Positions 51,392-62,105 of a stretch of DNA of 64,000 nucleotides are shown here, piece by piece (the first letter of the stretch is position 1; each line of letters opens with the position of its first letter). The notes below the pieces were generated by a model. It did no database searches and was not told the DNA's origin. It worked only from the letters and a program-made list of their open reading frames with translations. This DNA is from an uncultured SAR86 cluster bacterium (GTDB lineage Bacteria > Pseudomonadota > Gammaproteobacteria > Magnimaribacterales > D2472): assembly GCA_964275345.1 (NCBI GenBank), contig CAXYBK010000003.1, positions 25,058-89,057 on the forward strand, given 5' to 3'. The position numbers and the translations under genes were made by a program.

Positions 51392-54310
51392 TTAAAAGTC
51401 ATAAGAAAGTCTTATGCCATAAGTAGCTTGAGGTCTTGCCCAAATACTTTTACTCATACCAAGTGGCGCAGTAGCATCACCAACATTCATAACATTAAGT
51501 TCATCAGTAATATTCTGACCATAAATATCTACACGCCAGTTAGCATCTTCATCATTTGGCGTTATAGCTATTAAAGCATTAAGCTCAGTCCATGGATCAA
51601 CCTTGTCCCATGCAAGATTAAATAATGAAGTAGATCTTTCACCTTGATGATATGCATCTAATCTGAAATCAACATTATATGCAGATGTGCTTAAAGTATA
51701 TTGCACTCCAATATTAGCCATTAATTCTGGATGTGTAAGACTGTTACCACCAATATCTGATAATCTTCCATCCATAACAACATCAGATGCGCTACAACCT
51801 AATGAAGCACAAACGATACTAGCCATAATTTCATAATACTGTCTTACAGCAAGTGATGGTAAATGGCCTGCTGCTACTCCTGTCTGAAGGAAACTTACTG
51901 GTGTAGGAACCCCAGATTGTCTATCTCCGTGGAATTCAGCAGGAATAAGAACACCATTTTGAAGACCAAAAGGTGCCCATCCGCCGGCTAACCATGTTTG
52001 CCAGATTGCAGTTGCAACATCTTTTCTTACAACAAAGACTTCAGCATCAGCTGCGCCTTTCATCATATGCCAATCACCACAACCGGATGTTAAACAAAGA
52101 TCAGCATTCACAGGATTTAGAATCATGGTTCCATCTGCAATTTCTGATGTTTCATAACTCATGTTCGCATTAATCATCCATTCAGGAGCCATAGGCGGAA
52201 TCCATAAGAATTCAGCTTCTACTCCACTCATAACCACATCAATACCCTCATTAACTCTCGTTTTATTTTTGATTTTAGTAACCTGGTAATCTGATGCATC
52301 GTACATATAAGCAGAGGCATTTAATCTCATTCCTTGTGCAGGAATTTCTTTTTTAATACCAACTTCAAAAGCTATTAAATCAGTAGATGGAAAAACTTGA
52401 GGTGTATCAGGATATAATTCTGGATCAAGAGCACCATTAAAACCACCACCTTTAAATCCTTGAGAAATACTTGCATAGACCATAGTGTTGTCATCAAGTT
52501 TATGATCAACTACAAATCTACCTGTAGTATTTTCAAAACTTACTTCTGGATCTCCAACAGCGCCAGCTCCATACCAAGAATCACCAAATTCAGGAATAAC
52601 ATTGCCGGGTATTACCGACGTTGGTAATGCTGTAAAGCCACCACCTGCGCTACCCATTCCAACTACACTTAAGAAAGGAGAACGTCCATACTGCTCTTTA
52701 TAATCCTGAGTATGTCTCAAACCTAAAGTGTAACTAGTTTGTTCAGAAGCCTGATAATAAACTTCTCCAAATATTGCTGTACTTCTTGTAGCTGAAATAC
52801 TGCTTGATCTATATAAAGGAGCATATAACTGCACAGCACCTTGAGGAAGTCCACCAGTTAGAACAGGAGGAGGAGCTAATGCTAAAGCATCTAGCCCGTT
52901 AGCTGCAATGTCATAAACACTTAAATTACTACCTGATGTATGAATAGCTCCGAGAAGGTAATTCATATCTCCATCTAAGTTAGATTGAATTCGAGCTTCA
53001 AATACTTCACGCTCTATTTTTGGATTGTATTGTCTATCAAATCCATCTGGATAATTCATGGTATCTGTAATACAACCACCATAAACTCCAAAAGTTCCAT
53101 CTTCAAGTTTACAATCAGGTCCATAACCACTCATTGGGACAAAGCCACCTGGGAAGTATGGATTATCTTTAAAACGTAATTTATCCATCTCCTCTGAAAC
53201 GTAAGTACCCGTTCTGTCATACATTCTATCTTTTCTCATAGCTGAGAAAGTTGCATCCCAATTGTCATTTAATTCATGGTTTACTATTAACATAGAAATA
53301 TCATTATCAACAATATACTTAGGCATTCCTCTTACATTAGCTTCCCAAAAACCTTGAGGAGCTCCTGACATATCAGTGAAAGGAGTGAAATCTAGTATTC
53401 CAGTTAAAACAGCTAAGTTCTCAACATAAGTAGCCATTGGATGAGTTAGTTCATGAACTAATTCACCACCAGGGGTACAACCAACTACTAATGAAGGATC
53501 TCTTTGACAGTAAGCATTATTAACATAATGACGCATTGAATCTTCATCGTATGCTTCATGGACAAAAGTGATATCAGTTTTATCATTTACATCCCATGAA
53601 AGTGAAAATCTCCATGCATCGCTATCTCTATTATTAATGTGACTTACAGGTGCTTTGGAATAAATATTTTTAATATCTCCATCTCTTGTAACACTTGAGG
53701 TAGCTAATCTGACCGCTACTTTTTCGCCAAGAGGGAGATTGAACGTAGTTTTCATTTTTCTAAGATTAAAACTACCGTTTTCAATTTTAACACTTCCTGA
53801 CATTTCGCCCATTACAGGTCGGGCAGTAATTAGATTTATAGCTCCACCTACAGAGTTTTTACCAAATAGAGTCCCTTGCGGCCCTCTAAGCACTTCAACA
53901 CGCTCAAGATCAAAGAAATCTCCATCTTGCATAGTGTATGAGCCAACAGGTAAATCATTAACGTGAGTTTCCACACCACTTTCAGCGGTTGCAGATACTG
54001 CTAAGTTGGTGATACCTCTAATATTAAAGGAACCTCCAGATGAGTCTCCACCTTGAAAGCTTAAACTAGGTGTTACCAACTGAAGATCTGAACCGCCTTC
54101 AATTTGTTGGTCTTCTAGCATTTGAGCACTTATAGCTGTTACAGCAATAGGCACATCTTGCAGACTTTCTTCAGTTCTTTGTGATGTTACTACAATTTCC
54201 TCAAGAACAGCACCTTCTGCTTCTGCTGCCATTAAAGCTGGCGCATAACTAAATACTCCAATAATTAAAAAAGAAAAACCTAATAGTTTGTTATGAAAAT
54301 ACGAACTCAT
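51392..54310 (-). CDS. large TonB-dependent outer-membrane receptor
   Basis: 972 aa with a signal peptide, a TonB-box-like EEIVVTS, a plug, a long barrel and the terminal ..RLSYDF. Confidence 0.85.
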   Translation of the reverse strand: MSSYFHNKLLGFSFLIIGVFSYAPALMAAEAEGAVLEEIVVTSQRTEESLQDVPIAVTAISAQMLEDQQIEGGSDLQLVTPSLSFQGGDSSGGSFNIRGITNLAVSATAESGVETHVNDLPVGSYTMQDGDFFDLERVEVLRGPQGTLFGKNSVGGAINLITARPVMGEMSGSVKIENGSFNLRKMKTTFNLPLGEKVAVRLATSSVTRDGDIKNIYSKAPVSHINNRDSDAWRFSLSWDVNDKTDITFVHEAYDEDSMRHYVNNAYCQRDPSLVVGCTPGGELVHELTHPMATYVENLAVLTGILDFTPFTDMSGAPQGFWEANVRGMPKYIVDNDISMLIVNHELNDNWDATFSAMRKDRMYDRTGTYVSEEMDKLRFKDNPYFPGGFVPMSGYGPDCKLEDGTFGVYGGCITDTMNYPDGFDRQYNPKIEREVFEARIQSNLDGDMNYLLGAIHTSGSNLSVYDIAANGLDALALAPPPVLTGGLPQGAVQLYAPLYRSSSISATRSTAIFGEVYYQASEQTSYTLGLRHTQDYKEQYGRSPFLSVVGMGSAGGGFTALPTSVIPGNVIPEFGDSWYGAGAVGDPEVSFENTTGRFVVDHKLDDNTMVYASISQGFKGGGFNGALDPELYPDTPQVFPSTDLIAFEVGIKKEIPAQGMRLNASAYMYDASDYQVTKIKNKTRVNEGIDVVMSGVEAEFLWIPPMAPEWMINANMSYETSEIADGTMILNPVNADLCLTSGCGDWHMMKGAADAEVFVVRKDVATAIWQTWLAGGWAPFGLQNGVLIPAEFHGDRQSGVPTPVSFLQTGVAAGHLPSLAVRQYYEIMASIVCASLGCSASDVVMDGRLSDIGGNSLTHPELMANIGVQYTLSTSAYNVDFRLDAYHQGERSTSLFNLAWDKVDPWTELNALIAITPNDEDANWRVDIYGQNITDELNVMNVGDATAPLGMSKSIWARPQATYGIRLSYDF

Positions 54311-54479
54311 AATATCCCCCGATAATGAATTGTTAATTGTTATTACTTATATTTATATTAAAAAAGCAATACATATAAATAACTTATATATTAAATTTAA
54401 CTATAAAGTCTCGATAATGCAAATTTAAAGAAGTTTTAAATTAAAGGCTTATACATGCAAAAAGCCTCAAAAATTTAAC

Positions 54480-56186
54480 TTAATTTTTAGTTATAAAGAC
54501 CTTACCTTCAACAATGGTACCTTTAACTTTTATATTTTTAATTTGCAGAGGATTAATTGTTAATGGATTATCAGACAGCACTGTAAGGTTTGCATATTTA
54601 CCAACACTAATTGATCCATATTCATCTTCTAAATTAATAGTATAAGCAGCATTTAAAGTAACGCCCATGAGGGCTTTAAGTGCTGAGATTCTTTGATTTG
54701 GTCCAGCTACCTCATCAGCATAATTGATTCTATTAACTGCGGCATGCATGAGCACTAATGGTGATGCTGGCGCCATTGGCATATCTGAGTGCAAAGATAA
54801 TGGTATCTCTGCTCTAGCCACATCACCTAAGCGGACCATTTCTTGCGATCTTTCATATCCAACCCCTACTTTGCTATATAAATCCGATAACACAGTTACA
54901 TAATATGGATTTGCACTCACTATAAGTCCTAGCTCCTTGATTCTATCTATTTGATCAGCAGCTGAGTAGCCAAAATGCACAATTGTTGTTCTATGATCTT
55001 CTCGAGGATTTCTTTTATTATTTTTTTCTACTGCGTCTAAGATTCTATCTAATCCTGAATCACCATTTTGGTGAATATGTATTTGATAGCCTGCATCCCA
55101 ATAAAGTTTAAAAACCTCATCAAATACTTGAGCCTCCATTAACCACACGCCTTGGTGACCATCAAGATAACCATCTCTTAGAACCATATTTTGAGAATAC
55201 ATAGCTCCATCAGTAAAAAGCTTTATTTGTTTTGGAAGATACTGAACCTTGCCACTACCCCATGAGAGAAGCGCTTCGGTTTCATTTAAAAGCTCAGAGA
55301 TTTCAAAATGCTCAAGCATATACAAAGCACTTGGGATAAATAAAGATCTAAATGGCGTAGCTTCATCGCCTAAAACATAATTTTTAACACTTTGTATATC
55401 CTTGTTGTACATAGCTCCAGGGTTAGCAATTAAAGTTACGCCCTGCTCTTTCAGATACTGCTCTGTTACTGCAAAACCTTGCATAATTCTTTGAGGTGCA
55501 GCCAGATATTGCATAATTTTAGGCATTACCATTATTAAACCCCTTTCAGAAAAATGACCTTGGTCATAATCAGCTAACTCTCTTTCTGGAGGTGTTAAAG
55601 CATTTAAGTCTTCTTTATTAATACCAAATAAATCTAACGCTTTTGAATTCATAATGAATTCATGAAAAGATCGATGAATAATCAAAATAGGTCTATCGGA
55701 GGATATTTTATCTAAATCATCTTTAGTTAATTTGCCATGAAAATAGTGATGAAACCCCCAACTTATTAAGGGAGTATTTTTATCCTCAATGTTCTTTTCT
55801 AAAACTTGTAATCTTTTCATGTAACCAGCTCTATCTCTTACCCCATTAGTCTTTTTATTTGGAAGAGACCAATCGTCAATAGCTACTATTTCTGAGCTCA
55901 TAGTTATAGCGGCAAGAAGTGGATGAATGTGGTGTTCTATAAAACCAGGAATAATTACATCATCTGCAAATGAATAATCTAATTGAGCATCTGGAAATTT
56001 TTTTATTAAGAATTCCTTTTGACCGACAGCAAATATTTTAGAACCTCTTATCATTACAGCATCAGAATTAGCATTAGCGGCATCTAAGGTAATTAAAGTT
56101 TTAGGAATAATGATTCTATCTAGCTCTTCTGCAGCTAATGAGAATATTGAAAGAGTAATTAAAAAAGTTATCAGAGATTTATTCAT
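54480..56186 (-). CDS. secreted metal-dependent amidohydrolase (Amidohydro_3-like)
   Basis: It has the HxH motif (IEHHIHP) and later His/Asp ligands. I prefer the internal ATG at 56186, which yields the signal peptide MNKSLITFLITLSIFSLAAEE. The ORF-track start at 56285 overlaps the divergent GH3 gene. Confidence 0.7.
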   Translation of the reverse strand: MNKSLITFLITLSIFSLAAEELDRIIIPKTLITLDAANANSDAVMIRGSKIFAVGQKEFLIKKFPDAQLDYSFADDVIIPGFIEHHIHPLLAAITMSSEIVAIDDWSLPNKKTNGVRDRAGYMKRLQVLEKNIEDKNTPLISWGFHHYFHGKLTKDDLDKISSDRPILIIHRSFHEFIMNSKALDLFGINKEDLNALTPPERELADYDQGHFSERGLIMVMPKIMQYLAAPQRIMQGFAVTEQYLKEQGVTLIANPGAMYNKDIQSVKNYVLGDEATPFRSLFIPSALYMLEHFEISELLNETEALLSWGSGKVQYLPKQIKLFTDGAMYSQNMVLRDGYLDGHQGVWLMEAQVFDEVFKLYWDAGYQIHIHQNGDSGLDRILDAVEKNNKRNPREDHRTTIVHFGYSAADQIDRIKELGLIVSANPYYVTVLSDLYSKVGVGYERSQEMVRLGDVARAEIPLSLHSDMPMAPASPLVLMHAAVNRINYADEVAGPNQRISALKALMGVTLNAAYTINLEDEYGSISVGKYANLTVLSDNPLTINPLQIKNIKVKGTIVEGKVFITKN

Positions 56187-56258
56187 CGACAATATGCTAA
56201 CAGTTATTTTAAAAATTGAGTAATTGAAGATATGTATTAAAGGATTTAATATTGATGC

Positions 56259-58685
56259 ATGACCAATATAAATAAGCTTATTCAAGACCTAACTCTAAGA
56301 GAAAAGATCTCTCTTATGAGCGGTTTCAATTCATGGTATACAAATAAAATTGATAGGCTTGGCATTCCCAGCATCAAAATGTCAGATGGCCCTAATGGGG
56401 TAAGAGGAGACTCAAACTCAGGTAAATCATCAGCTTGTTTTCCTTGTGCTATATCTATCGGATCTACATGGGATATGGATCTTATCAATCAATTAGGCAT
56501 TGCATTAGGTGAAGAAGCAAAAGTAAAAGACGTAGATGTTCTTCTAGGTCCTACTATTAATATTCATAGGCACCCACTTGGTGGAAGACATTTTGAAAGT
56601 TTTTCAGAGGACCCTTTCTTAACAGGAAAAATTGCTACCGAGTATGTAAAAGGAGTTCAGTCTCAAGATGTTGCTGCATGTTTAAAACATTTTATTGGCA
56701 ATGACACTGAATATGAGAGACATTTGGTTAGTTCAAATATTGATGAGAAAACTTTAAGAGAAATATATTTACTTCCTTTTGAAATGGGAATTAAAGAAGG
56801 TAATGCACAAGTTGTAATGAGTGCCTATAACAAGCTTAATAATATCTATTGTAGTTCTCATAAAGAACTTTTAATTGATATTTTAAAAGATGAATGGGGT
56901 TTCGATGGTTATGTGGTTAGTGACTGGGGCGCTGCATTAGAAACTGAAGAGAATGCTAAAGGTGGGCTAGATCTAGAAATGCCTGGTCCTGGAAATGTAT
57001 GGGGTGATCAATTATTCGCAGCTGTTAGTGAAGGTAAGGTTGAGGAAGAATTAATTGATGACAAAGTAAGAAGAATCTTAAATATTGCTAATTTTTCAAA
57101 AAGATTTGAAAATCCTACCAATAAACCAGAACAAAGTAATAATTCAGAAGAGCATAGAAAGCTTCTTAAAAAAGCAGCAGCAAGTGGAATGGTGCTTCTT
57201 AAGAATAATGATTTATTGCCTCTTAAATCTAATGTTAAAAATCTTGCAATCATTGGGCCAAATGCTAAGGAGGCTCAAATTATTGGAGGTGGAAGTGCAA
57301 GCCTTAAACCTCATTATCAAGCTCATCCATTAGAGGCATTTCAAAATAAGTTAGGAGATCATACGAATATCTCTTATGCAAAAGGTTGTCATACTCATAA
57401 ATTTCTTCCAAGAGTAAATGAAGGATTTATGGATGATAAAGAAGGGTTCTTAGTTGAATATTTTGAAGGTTCTAACTTTGATGAAAACTTGCTTGTGAAA
57501 GAACATTTAATAGGTAATAAATTCTGGGTCTTTGAGGGCTTTGCTAAGGATGTTATTGCCAAATTTGAGCGACCTGATATCTCTGTTAGATTCTCATGCG
57601 CCTATACACCTGATATTTCAGGTCAACATGAGTTTGAAATATTTGGTATTGGAAAGGCTAGACTTTTTATTGATGGTGAAGAGCTAATTGATAATTGGAC
57701 AGAAACCTCTCCTGGTGAAGCATTCTTTTCTTTTAGTTCAGATTCAAAAAGAGCTTTGGTTAACTTGATTGAAGGTACAACCTATCAGTTAGAGATTAGG
57801 TATAAATTTGAGGGTAATTTCCCAGCAATTTATATTGGATGCCAAGCACCAGATAAAGTAAATTTGTTTGATGAAGCTTTAGAAGTTGCAAGCGCAGCTG
57901 ATCAAGTAATTTTAATTGTTGGTACAAATTCAGATTGGGAAACAGAAGGCAATGACAGGAGTGACTTCAATTTACCGGTTAATCAAAATCACCTCATTGA
58001 AGAGGTCTTAAGGGTTAACCCTAATACCTTAGTTGTCCTTAATACAGGTTCGCCAGTAAAAATGCCATGGGCGGATAAAGCTGAAGCTATTATGCAGACC
58101 TGGTTTGCAGGACAAGAATTTGGCAATGCTTTGGTTGATATTATAACTGGAGAGATTAATCCTTCAGGCAGATTACCAACCTCTTTCCCTAAAAATATTG
58201 AAGATACTCCAGCATTTAATTCCTACCCTGGTAAAGATCTTCAGATGAATTATGACGAAAAACTTTTAGTAGGTTATAGATGGTATGACAAGAAGAATAT
58301 CAAGACGCTCTTTCCGTTTGGGCATGGTCTTTCGTATACTAATTTTGAATACTCTGATTTAGAAGTTGATGTTCGCGCAACGAATATGGCGTCATGTAAA
58401 TTCTCAGTTCGAAATACTGGGCAAGTTGCTGGAATAGAAACTGCACAGTGTTATGTTAGTTTTAAGACTATTGATGATTCTGAGCCTGAAAAGACACTTC
58501 AAGGCTTCAGTAAAATAGCACTTAATCCAAATGATGAATCTAGTATTGAAATTAATTTGAATTCAAGAAATTTTTCTTCATGGAACGTGGCTAAAAGAAG
58601 CTGGGAAGTAAGAGCAGGATCTTATGAAATATTAATTGGCTCCTCAGCAGAGAATATTCTTCTTCAAACAACTATTAATCTATAG
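56259..58685 (+). CDS. glycoside hydrolase family 3 beta-glucosidase with a PA14-like insertion
   Basis: 808 aa with LTLREKISLMSG, GPNGVR, KHFIGND and the VVSDW nucleophile region. Confidence 0.85.
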   Translation: MTNINKLIQDLTLREKISLMSGFNSWYTNKIDRLGIPSIKMSDGPNGVRGDSNSGKSSACFPCAISIGSTWDMDLINQLGIALGEEAKVKDVDVLLGPTINIHRHPLGGRHFESFSEDPFLTGKIATEYVKGVQSQDVAACLKHFIGNDTEYERHLVSSNIDEKTLREIYLLPFEMGIKEGNAQVVMSAYNKLNNIYCSSHKELLIDILKDEWGFDGYVVSDWGAALETEENAKGGLDLEMPGPGNVWGDQLFAAVSEGKVEEELIDDKVRRILNIANFSKRFENPTNKPEQSNNSEEHRKLLKKAAASGMVLLKNNDLLPLKSNVKNLAIIGPNAKEAQIIGGGSASLKPHYQAHPLEAFQNKLGDHTNISYAKGCHTHKFLPRVNEGFMDDKEGFLVEYFEGSNFDENLLVKEHLIGNKFWVFEGFAKDVIAKFERPDISVRFSCAYTPDISGQHEFEIFGIGKARLFIDGEELIDNWTETSPGEAFFSFSSDSKRALVNLIEGTTYQLEIRYKFEGNFPAIYIGCQAPDKVNLFDEALEVASAADQVILIVGTNSDWETEGNDRSDFNLPVNQNHLIEEVLRVNPNTLVVLNTGSPVKMPWADKAEAIMQTWFAGQEFGNALVDIITGEINPSGRLPTSFPKNIEDTPAFNSYPGKDLQMNYDEKLLVGYRWYDKKNIKTLFPFGHGLSYTNFEYSDLEVDVRATNMASCKFSVRNTGQVAGIETAQCYVSFKTIDDSEPEKTLQGFSKIALNPNDESSIEINLNSRNFSSWNVAKRSWEVRAGSYEILIGSSAENILLQTTINL

Positions 58686-60678
58686 ATAAATCTTTCATCT
58701 CTTGATCACTCAAATTAATTTGAGTTGCCTCAATTGAGCTATTAGTCTCAAAAATAGTTCTAGGCCCAATGAGGGGAAATATTAAAGATGATTTTTGAAC
58801 TACATAAGCTAAAGCAACCTGAATAGGTTGAAGATTTTTTTGCTCAGCTATTTCAAAACATTTAGCTCTTCTTTTTAGATTTTTTTCATTATGCCAAACT
58901 CTTATTTCTTCTTCTAAAGAAGGATTTGAAAAATGTTCGTTAGATGTAATCTCTTTTTTCTTAATAAAAAAACCTCTAGCTTGGCTTGACCAAGGAAATA
59001 ACATGATCTTATTTTCTATTAAATAAGTAACATATTCGCTATTGACCCCTACGCATCCAGGCCAAACAGGATCAACCATTTCAGCTAAACTAAAATTATT
59101 GCTTAATGCTGTAAAAGGTTCTTTGTTGTGTGATTGAGCATAATCTCTAGCCTCAGAAAAGCGACCTAGCTCCCAATTAGAAGCTCCAATGAGATTTATT
59201 AATCCTTCACTTTTTACTTCATCTAAAGCATCCATAAATTCAGAAACAGGTATGTCTGGATTGTCTCTATGCAGACAAAAAATATCTAAAGTTTGAATAT
59301 TTAAACGTTCTAATGATTCTATAATTTGCGGCCTGATAAATTGTGGCTCACATTGAGGCGTATGTGCGCCCTTGCCTATAACAATAATATCTTTTTCAAG
59401 GTTTCTTGAATTGATCCAATCGCCTAAATACTTATCGCCCTTCCCATTATTATAAATATAAGCCGTATCAAATATTCTGCCGCCTGCTCCATAAAAATGA
59501 TCAAACATAGTAAAAGCGTGCAAGCTTGAAGTTTGATTATCACAACCTAAAGCTAATCTTGATGCAGTTTTTTCAATACCTGTAATATTAGTATTTTTAA
59601 ATTGAGGCTTCTGCATTAAGTAAAATTTAGAAGTTGGTATCGGTGAGTTATCTAAAGTTTCATATGGGCACTTGATTTGTAGTTCCTGCCTCCACTTATC
59701 TAGCCAAAGCATATTACTTTGTGTATCCGCATGAGAGACAAGTTTAGATTCAAGTTTCTTTTCTTGAATGCAATTAGATGCATGATCAATTTCTCTAGTG
59801 AATAAACCAACCTCATCAACATATGGAACTTCTTTAACTAGAATTCCTGAATCAAAGATTTTGATAGATGAATTTCCATCTTGAAATTGCCCACAATGCC
59901 ATGGCTGTTCAACAACTAATTCTATATCTCCATTTTTAATTTTAAGATCATTTGAATACTCCTCATCTATCGCACAACTAATTTTTGCTTCAATTTTATC
60001 TGAGAAAACTAAATGCGCTTCTGATTGAAGATCAACACCAGTTTCATCTAGTCTGCCGGTTGCATGAATACTTTCAGGATCAGCAAATGGCATACCTTGA
60101 AGGCTACCTGCTATTAATTTAGCCATTGATAATGGGTAGCATCCAACATCTAAAATTGCACCTCCACCTAATAATGGATTTCTTAAACGATGCTCTTTGG
60201 GAAGTTCAGCCGAGAACCCAAAAGAACTTTCAATAAAAATCTTTTCTTTAGTATTTTTAAAAATATCTAAATGCTCAAGTATATTAAAAGTTTGAGGATG
60301 AGTTCTATACATATAAGCCTCCATCAAAAATAATTCTGCTTCTTTTGCTAGATTGAGTAGGGTCATACTTTCTAAATAATTCATCGTTAAGGGTTTTTCA
60401 CATAGAACATGTTTATTATTCTTTATTGCCTCTAATGAATAAAAATAATGAGAGTTATGTGGAGTCGCAATATAAACTGCATCAATATTATTTGAGGATA
60501 TAAACTCATCAAGGTCTGTAAAGGCAGCAATATCAAATTTTGTAGAAAACTGATCAACCATCTCTGAATTTCTGCCAAAAACACTAGTTAATTCTGAATT
60601 CTGGCAGTATTTGATGGAATGGGCAAAAGCTTTAGCTATGTTACCTGAGCCAATAATACCCCACTTAATTTTATGCAT
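58675..60678 (-). CDS. fusion protein: N-terminal Gfo/Idh/MocA oxidoreductase plus C-terminal aldo/keto reductase
   Basis: 667 aa. The N-terminal GIIGSGNIA Rossmann motif and EKP motif mark the first domain. Residues ~370-667 carry AKR motifs (FDTAYIYNNGKGDKYLG, IGASNW). Confidence 0.75.
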   Translation of the reverse strand: MHKIKWGIIGSGNIAKAFAHSIKYCQNSELTSVFGRNSEMVDQFSTKFDIAAFTDLDEFISSNNIDAVYIATPHNSHYFYSLEAIKNNKHVLCEKPLTMNYLESMTLLNLAKEAELFLMEAYMYRTHPQTFNILEHLDIFKNTKEKIFIESSFGFSAELPKEHRLRNPLLGGGAILDVGCYPLSMAKLIAGSLQGMPFADPESIHATGRLDETGVDLQSEAHLVFSDKIEAKISCAIDEEYSNDLKIKNGDIELVVEQPWHCGQFQDGNSSIKIFDSGILVKEVPYVDEVGLFTREIDHASNCIQEKKLESKLVSHADTQSNMLWLDKWRQELQIKCPYETLDNSPIPTSKFYLMQKPQFKNTNITGIEKTASRLALGCDNQTSSLHAFTMFDHFYGAGGRIFDTAYIYNNGKGDKYLGDWINSRNLEKDIIVIGKGAHTPQCEPQFIRPQIIESLERLNIQTLDIFCLHRDNPDIPVSEFMDALDEVKSEGLINLIGASNWELGRFSEARDYAQSHNKEPFTALSNNFSLAEMVDPVWPGCVGVNSEYVTYLIENKIMLFPWSSQARGFFIKKKEITSNEHFSNPSLEEEIRVWHNEKNLKRRAKCFEIAEQKNLQPIQVALAYVVQKSSLIFPLIGPRTIFETNSSIEATQINLSDQEMKDLSID

Positions 60679-62023
60679 TTAAAAGCTTCCTTTCTTCAAT
60701 ATCTTGAATTAACTTTTTATGAAAGGCTTTATCAATAGGATAAAAGTAGACTAAAAAAAAGCTAATAGAAACACCTGCAAGGGGTATCCAGGTCATTAAT
60801 GATTTTAATCCATCTAAAGTTTCTTGGGTTTGAACTTGATTTGGCTCAAATCCAATAGTCGTCAAAGCTATTCCTAAAATAACAGCTGCAAATGCTATAG
60901 CGCCTTTTTGAGCAAAAGTCATAAAGCCATACAATGAAGATTCAGTTCTAATACCAGACTTCCACTCACCATATTCAATGGTGTCAGGAAGCATAGACCA
61001 AAATAGTATTCCTGTTGCGCCATTTCCAATCCCAATAAACCCAAGAATAAATAGTAATTCATTTAGTGTTTTTATTGGGTAGAAGTAAAAAATCAAGAAT
61101 CCAATGACTAAAAATATCATTGAAATCATCCAAGCATTTTTCTTACCTATCTTTAAAGCCGTGAAAGCCCAAAAAGGTATAACTGCAAATGAAACCCCGC
61201 TACTTACTCCAAGGATTAAGCCTTGATATTCATGAAGATCTAAGTAGTATTTTGTGAAATAAATTAGATTATTGTTAAACATTAATGTGGTTGATCCTAG
61301 GATTAATATTGAACCAAAAACAATCCAAAAAGGATAATTCCTAGCAACTGATTGAGATACCTTTTTAAAGCTTGGTAATTGAGACTTATTAAATTCAAAA
61401 TTTCTTTCTTTAACGAAATACACTGTAATACTTAAAATTACAACAGCAGTTAAGCCTGCGATTAAACCCAGATAAACAAATCCAAGGGCTTCTTCTCCCC
61501 CTCCAAACCATAGAACGATAGGAAAACCAAAAGCAGAAACTGTTAAAGTTCCAAAGGAAGCAGCTAGCATTCGAGCAGTTGTTAATTTAGTTCTTTCGTC
61601 ACTGTCATCTGTAATTCTTGCAGTGAGAGATGAGTAAGGAACACTTACAATGGTAAAACAGGTTCTGTGAACTAAATTTACTGCTAATAAGAATAAAAAT
61701 AAAAGTGTGCCTTCAAATGGTGGTACCCAAAGCAAAAGGACAAAAGATAAAGCTAATGGAATAGAGCCATAGAATATATAAGGACGATAGCTCCCCATTT
61801 TAGTTCTAGTTCGCTCAGCCATATAACCCATAAAAGGATCAGTAATAGCATCCCAAGCTATGCCTAATGCATAAATCCAGCCTGCTAATAGAGGTGAAAT
61901 ACCAACAACGTCTGTATAAAAATAAAGCAGGTATAACCCAACACCGCTCCAATAAAGACAAATTGCATAATCACCTATTCCATAAGCTGCTCTAATTTTG
62001 TTGCTGACGATATTAGTATTCAT
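60671..62023 (-). CDS. glycoside-pentoside-hexuronide (GPH):cation symporter family transporter
   Basis: 450 aa with 12 TM segments, the N-terminal YGIGD motif and DAITDPFMGY, typical of MelB/YicJ-type carriers. Confidence 0.8.
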   Translation of the reverse strand: MNTNIVSNKIRAAYGIGDYAICLYWSGVGLYLLYFYTDVVGISPLLAGWIYALGIAWDAITDPFMGYMAERTRTKMGSYRPYIFYGSIPLALSFVLLLWVPPFEGTLLFLFLLAVNLVHRTCFTIVSVPYSSLTARITDDSDERTKLTTARMLAASFGTLTVSAFGFPIVLWFGGGEEALGFVYLGLIAGLTAVVILSITVYFVKERNFEFNKSQLPSFKKVSQSVARNYPFWIVFGSILILGSTTLMFNNNLIYFTKYYLDLHEYQGLILGVSSGVSFAVIPFWAFTALKIGKKNAWMISMIFLVIGFLIFYFYPIKTLNELLFILGFIGIGNGATGILFWSMLPDTIEYGEWKSGIRTESSLYGFMTFAQKGAIAFAAVILGIALTTIGFEPNQVQTQETLDGLKSLMTWIPLAGVSISFFLVYFYPIDKAFHKKLIQDIEERKLLNA

Positions 62024-62105
62024 ATTCCACTCAGTTTTTATTTTTATACATAATGTATATCAAAAACATCTACGTTGCATGCCAAAAATATGTAAGACTA
62101 GCACT

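Noticed and set aside
54311-54479. Looked for a riboswitch or leader (cobalamin, TPP or similar) upstream of the 972-aa TonB-dependent receptor, and likewise at 45388-45511.
   Set aside because: The sequence is almost pure A/T, without the conserved G+C-rich helices of known riboswitch classes. Only a weak hairpin (54445-54467) is present, and it is better read as the terminator of the amidohydrolase gene.
56187-56285. 33-codon N-terminal extension of the amidohydrolase ORF.
   Set aside because: The extension overlaps the divergent GH3 gene start. The internal ATG at 56186 yields a textbook signal peptide, so the extension is probably not translated. The same logic applies to 61998-62105 for the alpha/beta hydrolase and to the TTG at 40836 for katG.
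62045-62059. 15-bp palindrome TATACAT-A-ATGTATA between the divergent GPH transporter and hydrolase genes, considered as a possible operator.
   Set aside because: It is composed almost entirely of A/T in an AT-rich spacer, so chance occurrence is likely. No regulator gene is nearby to pair it with.
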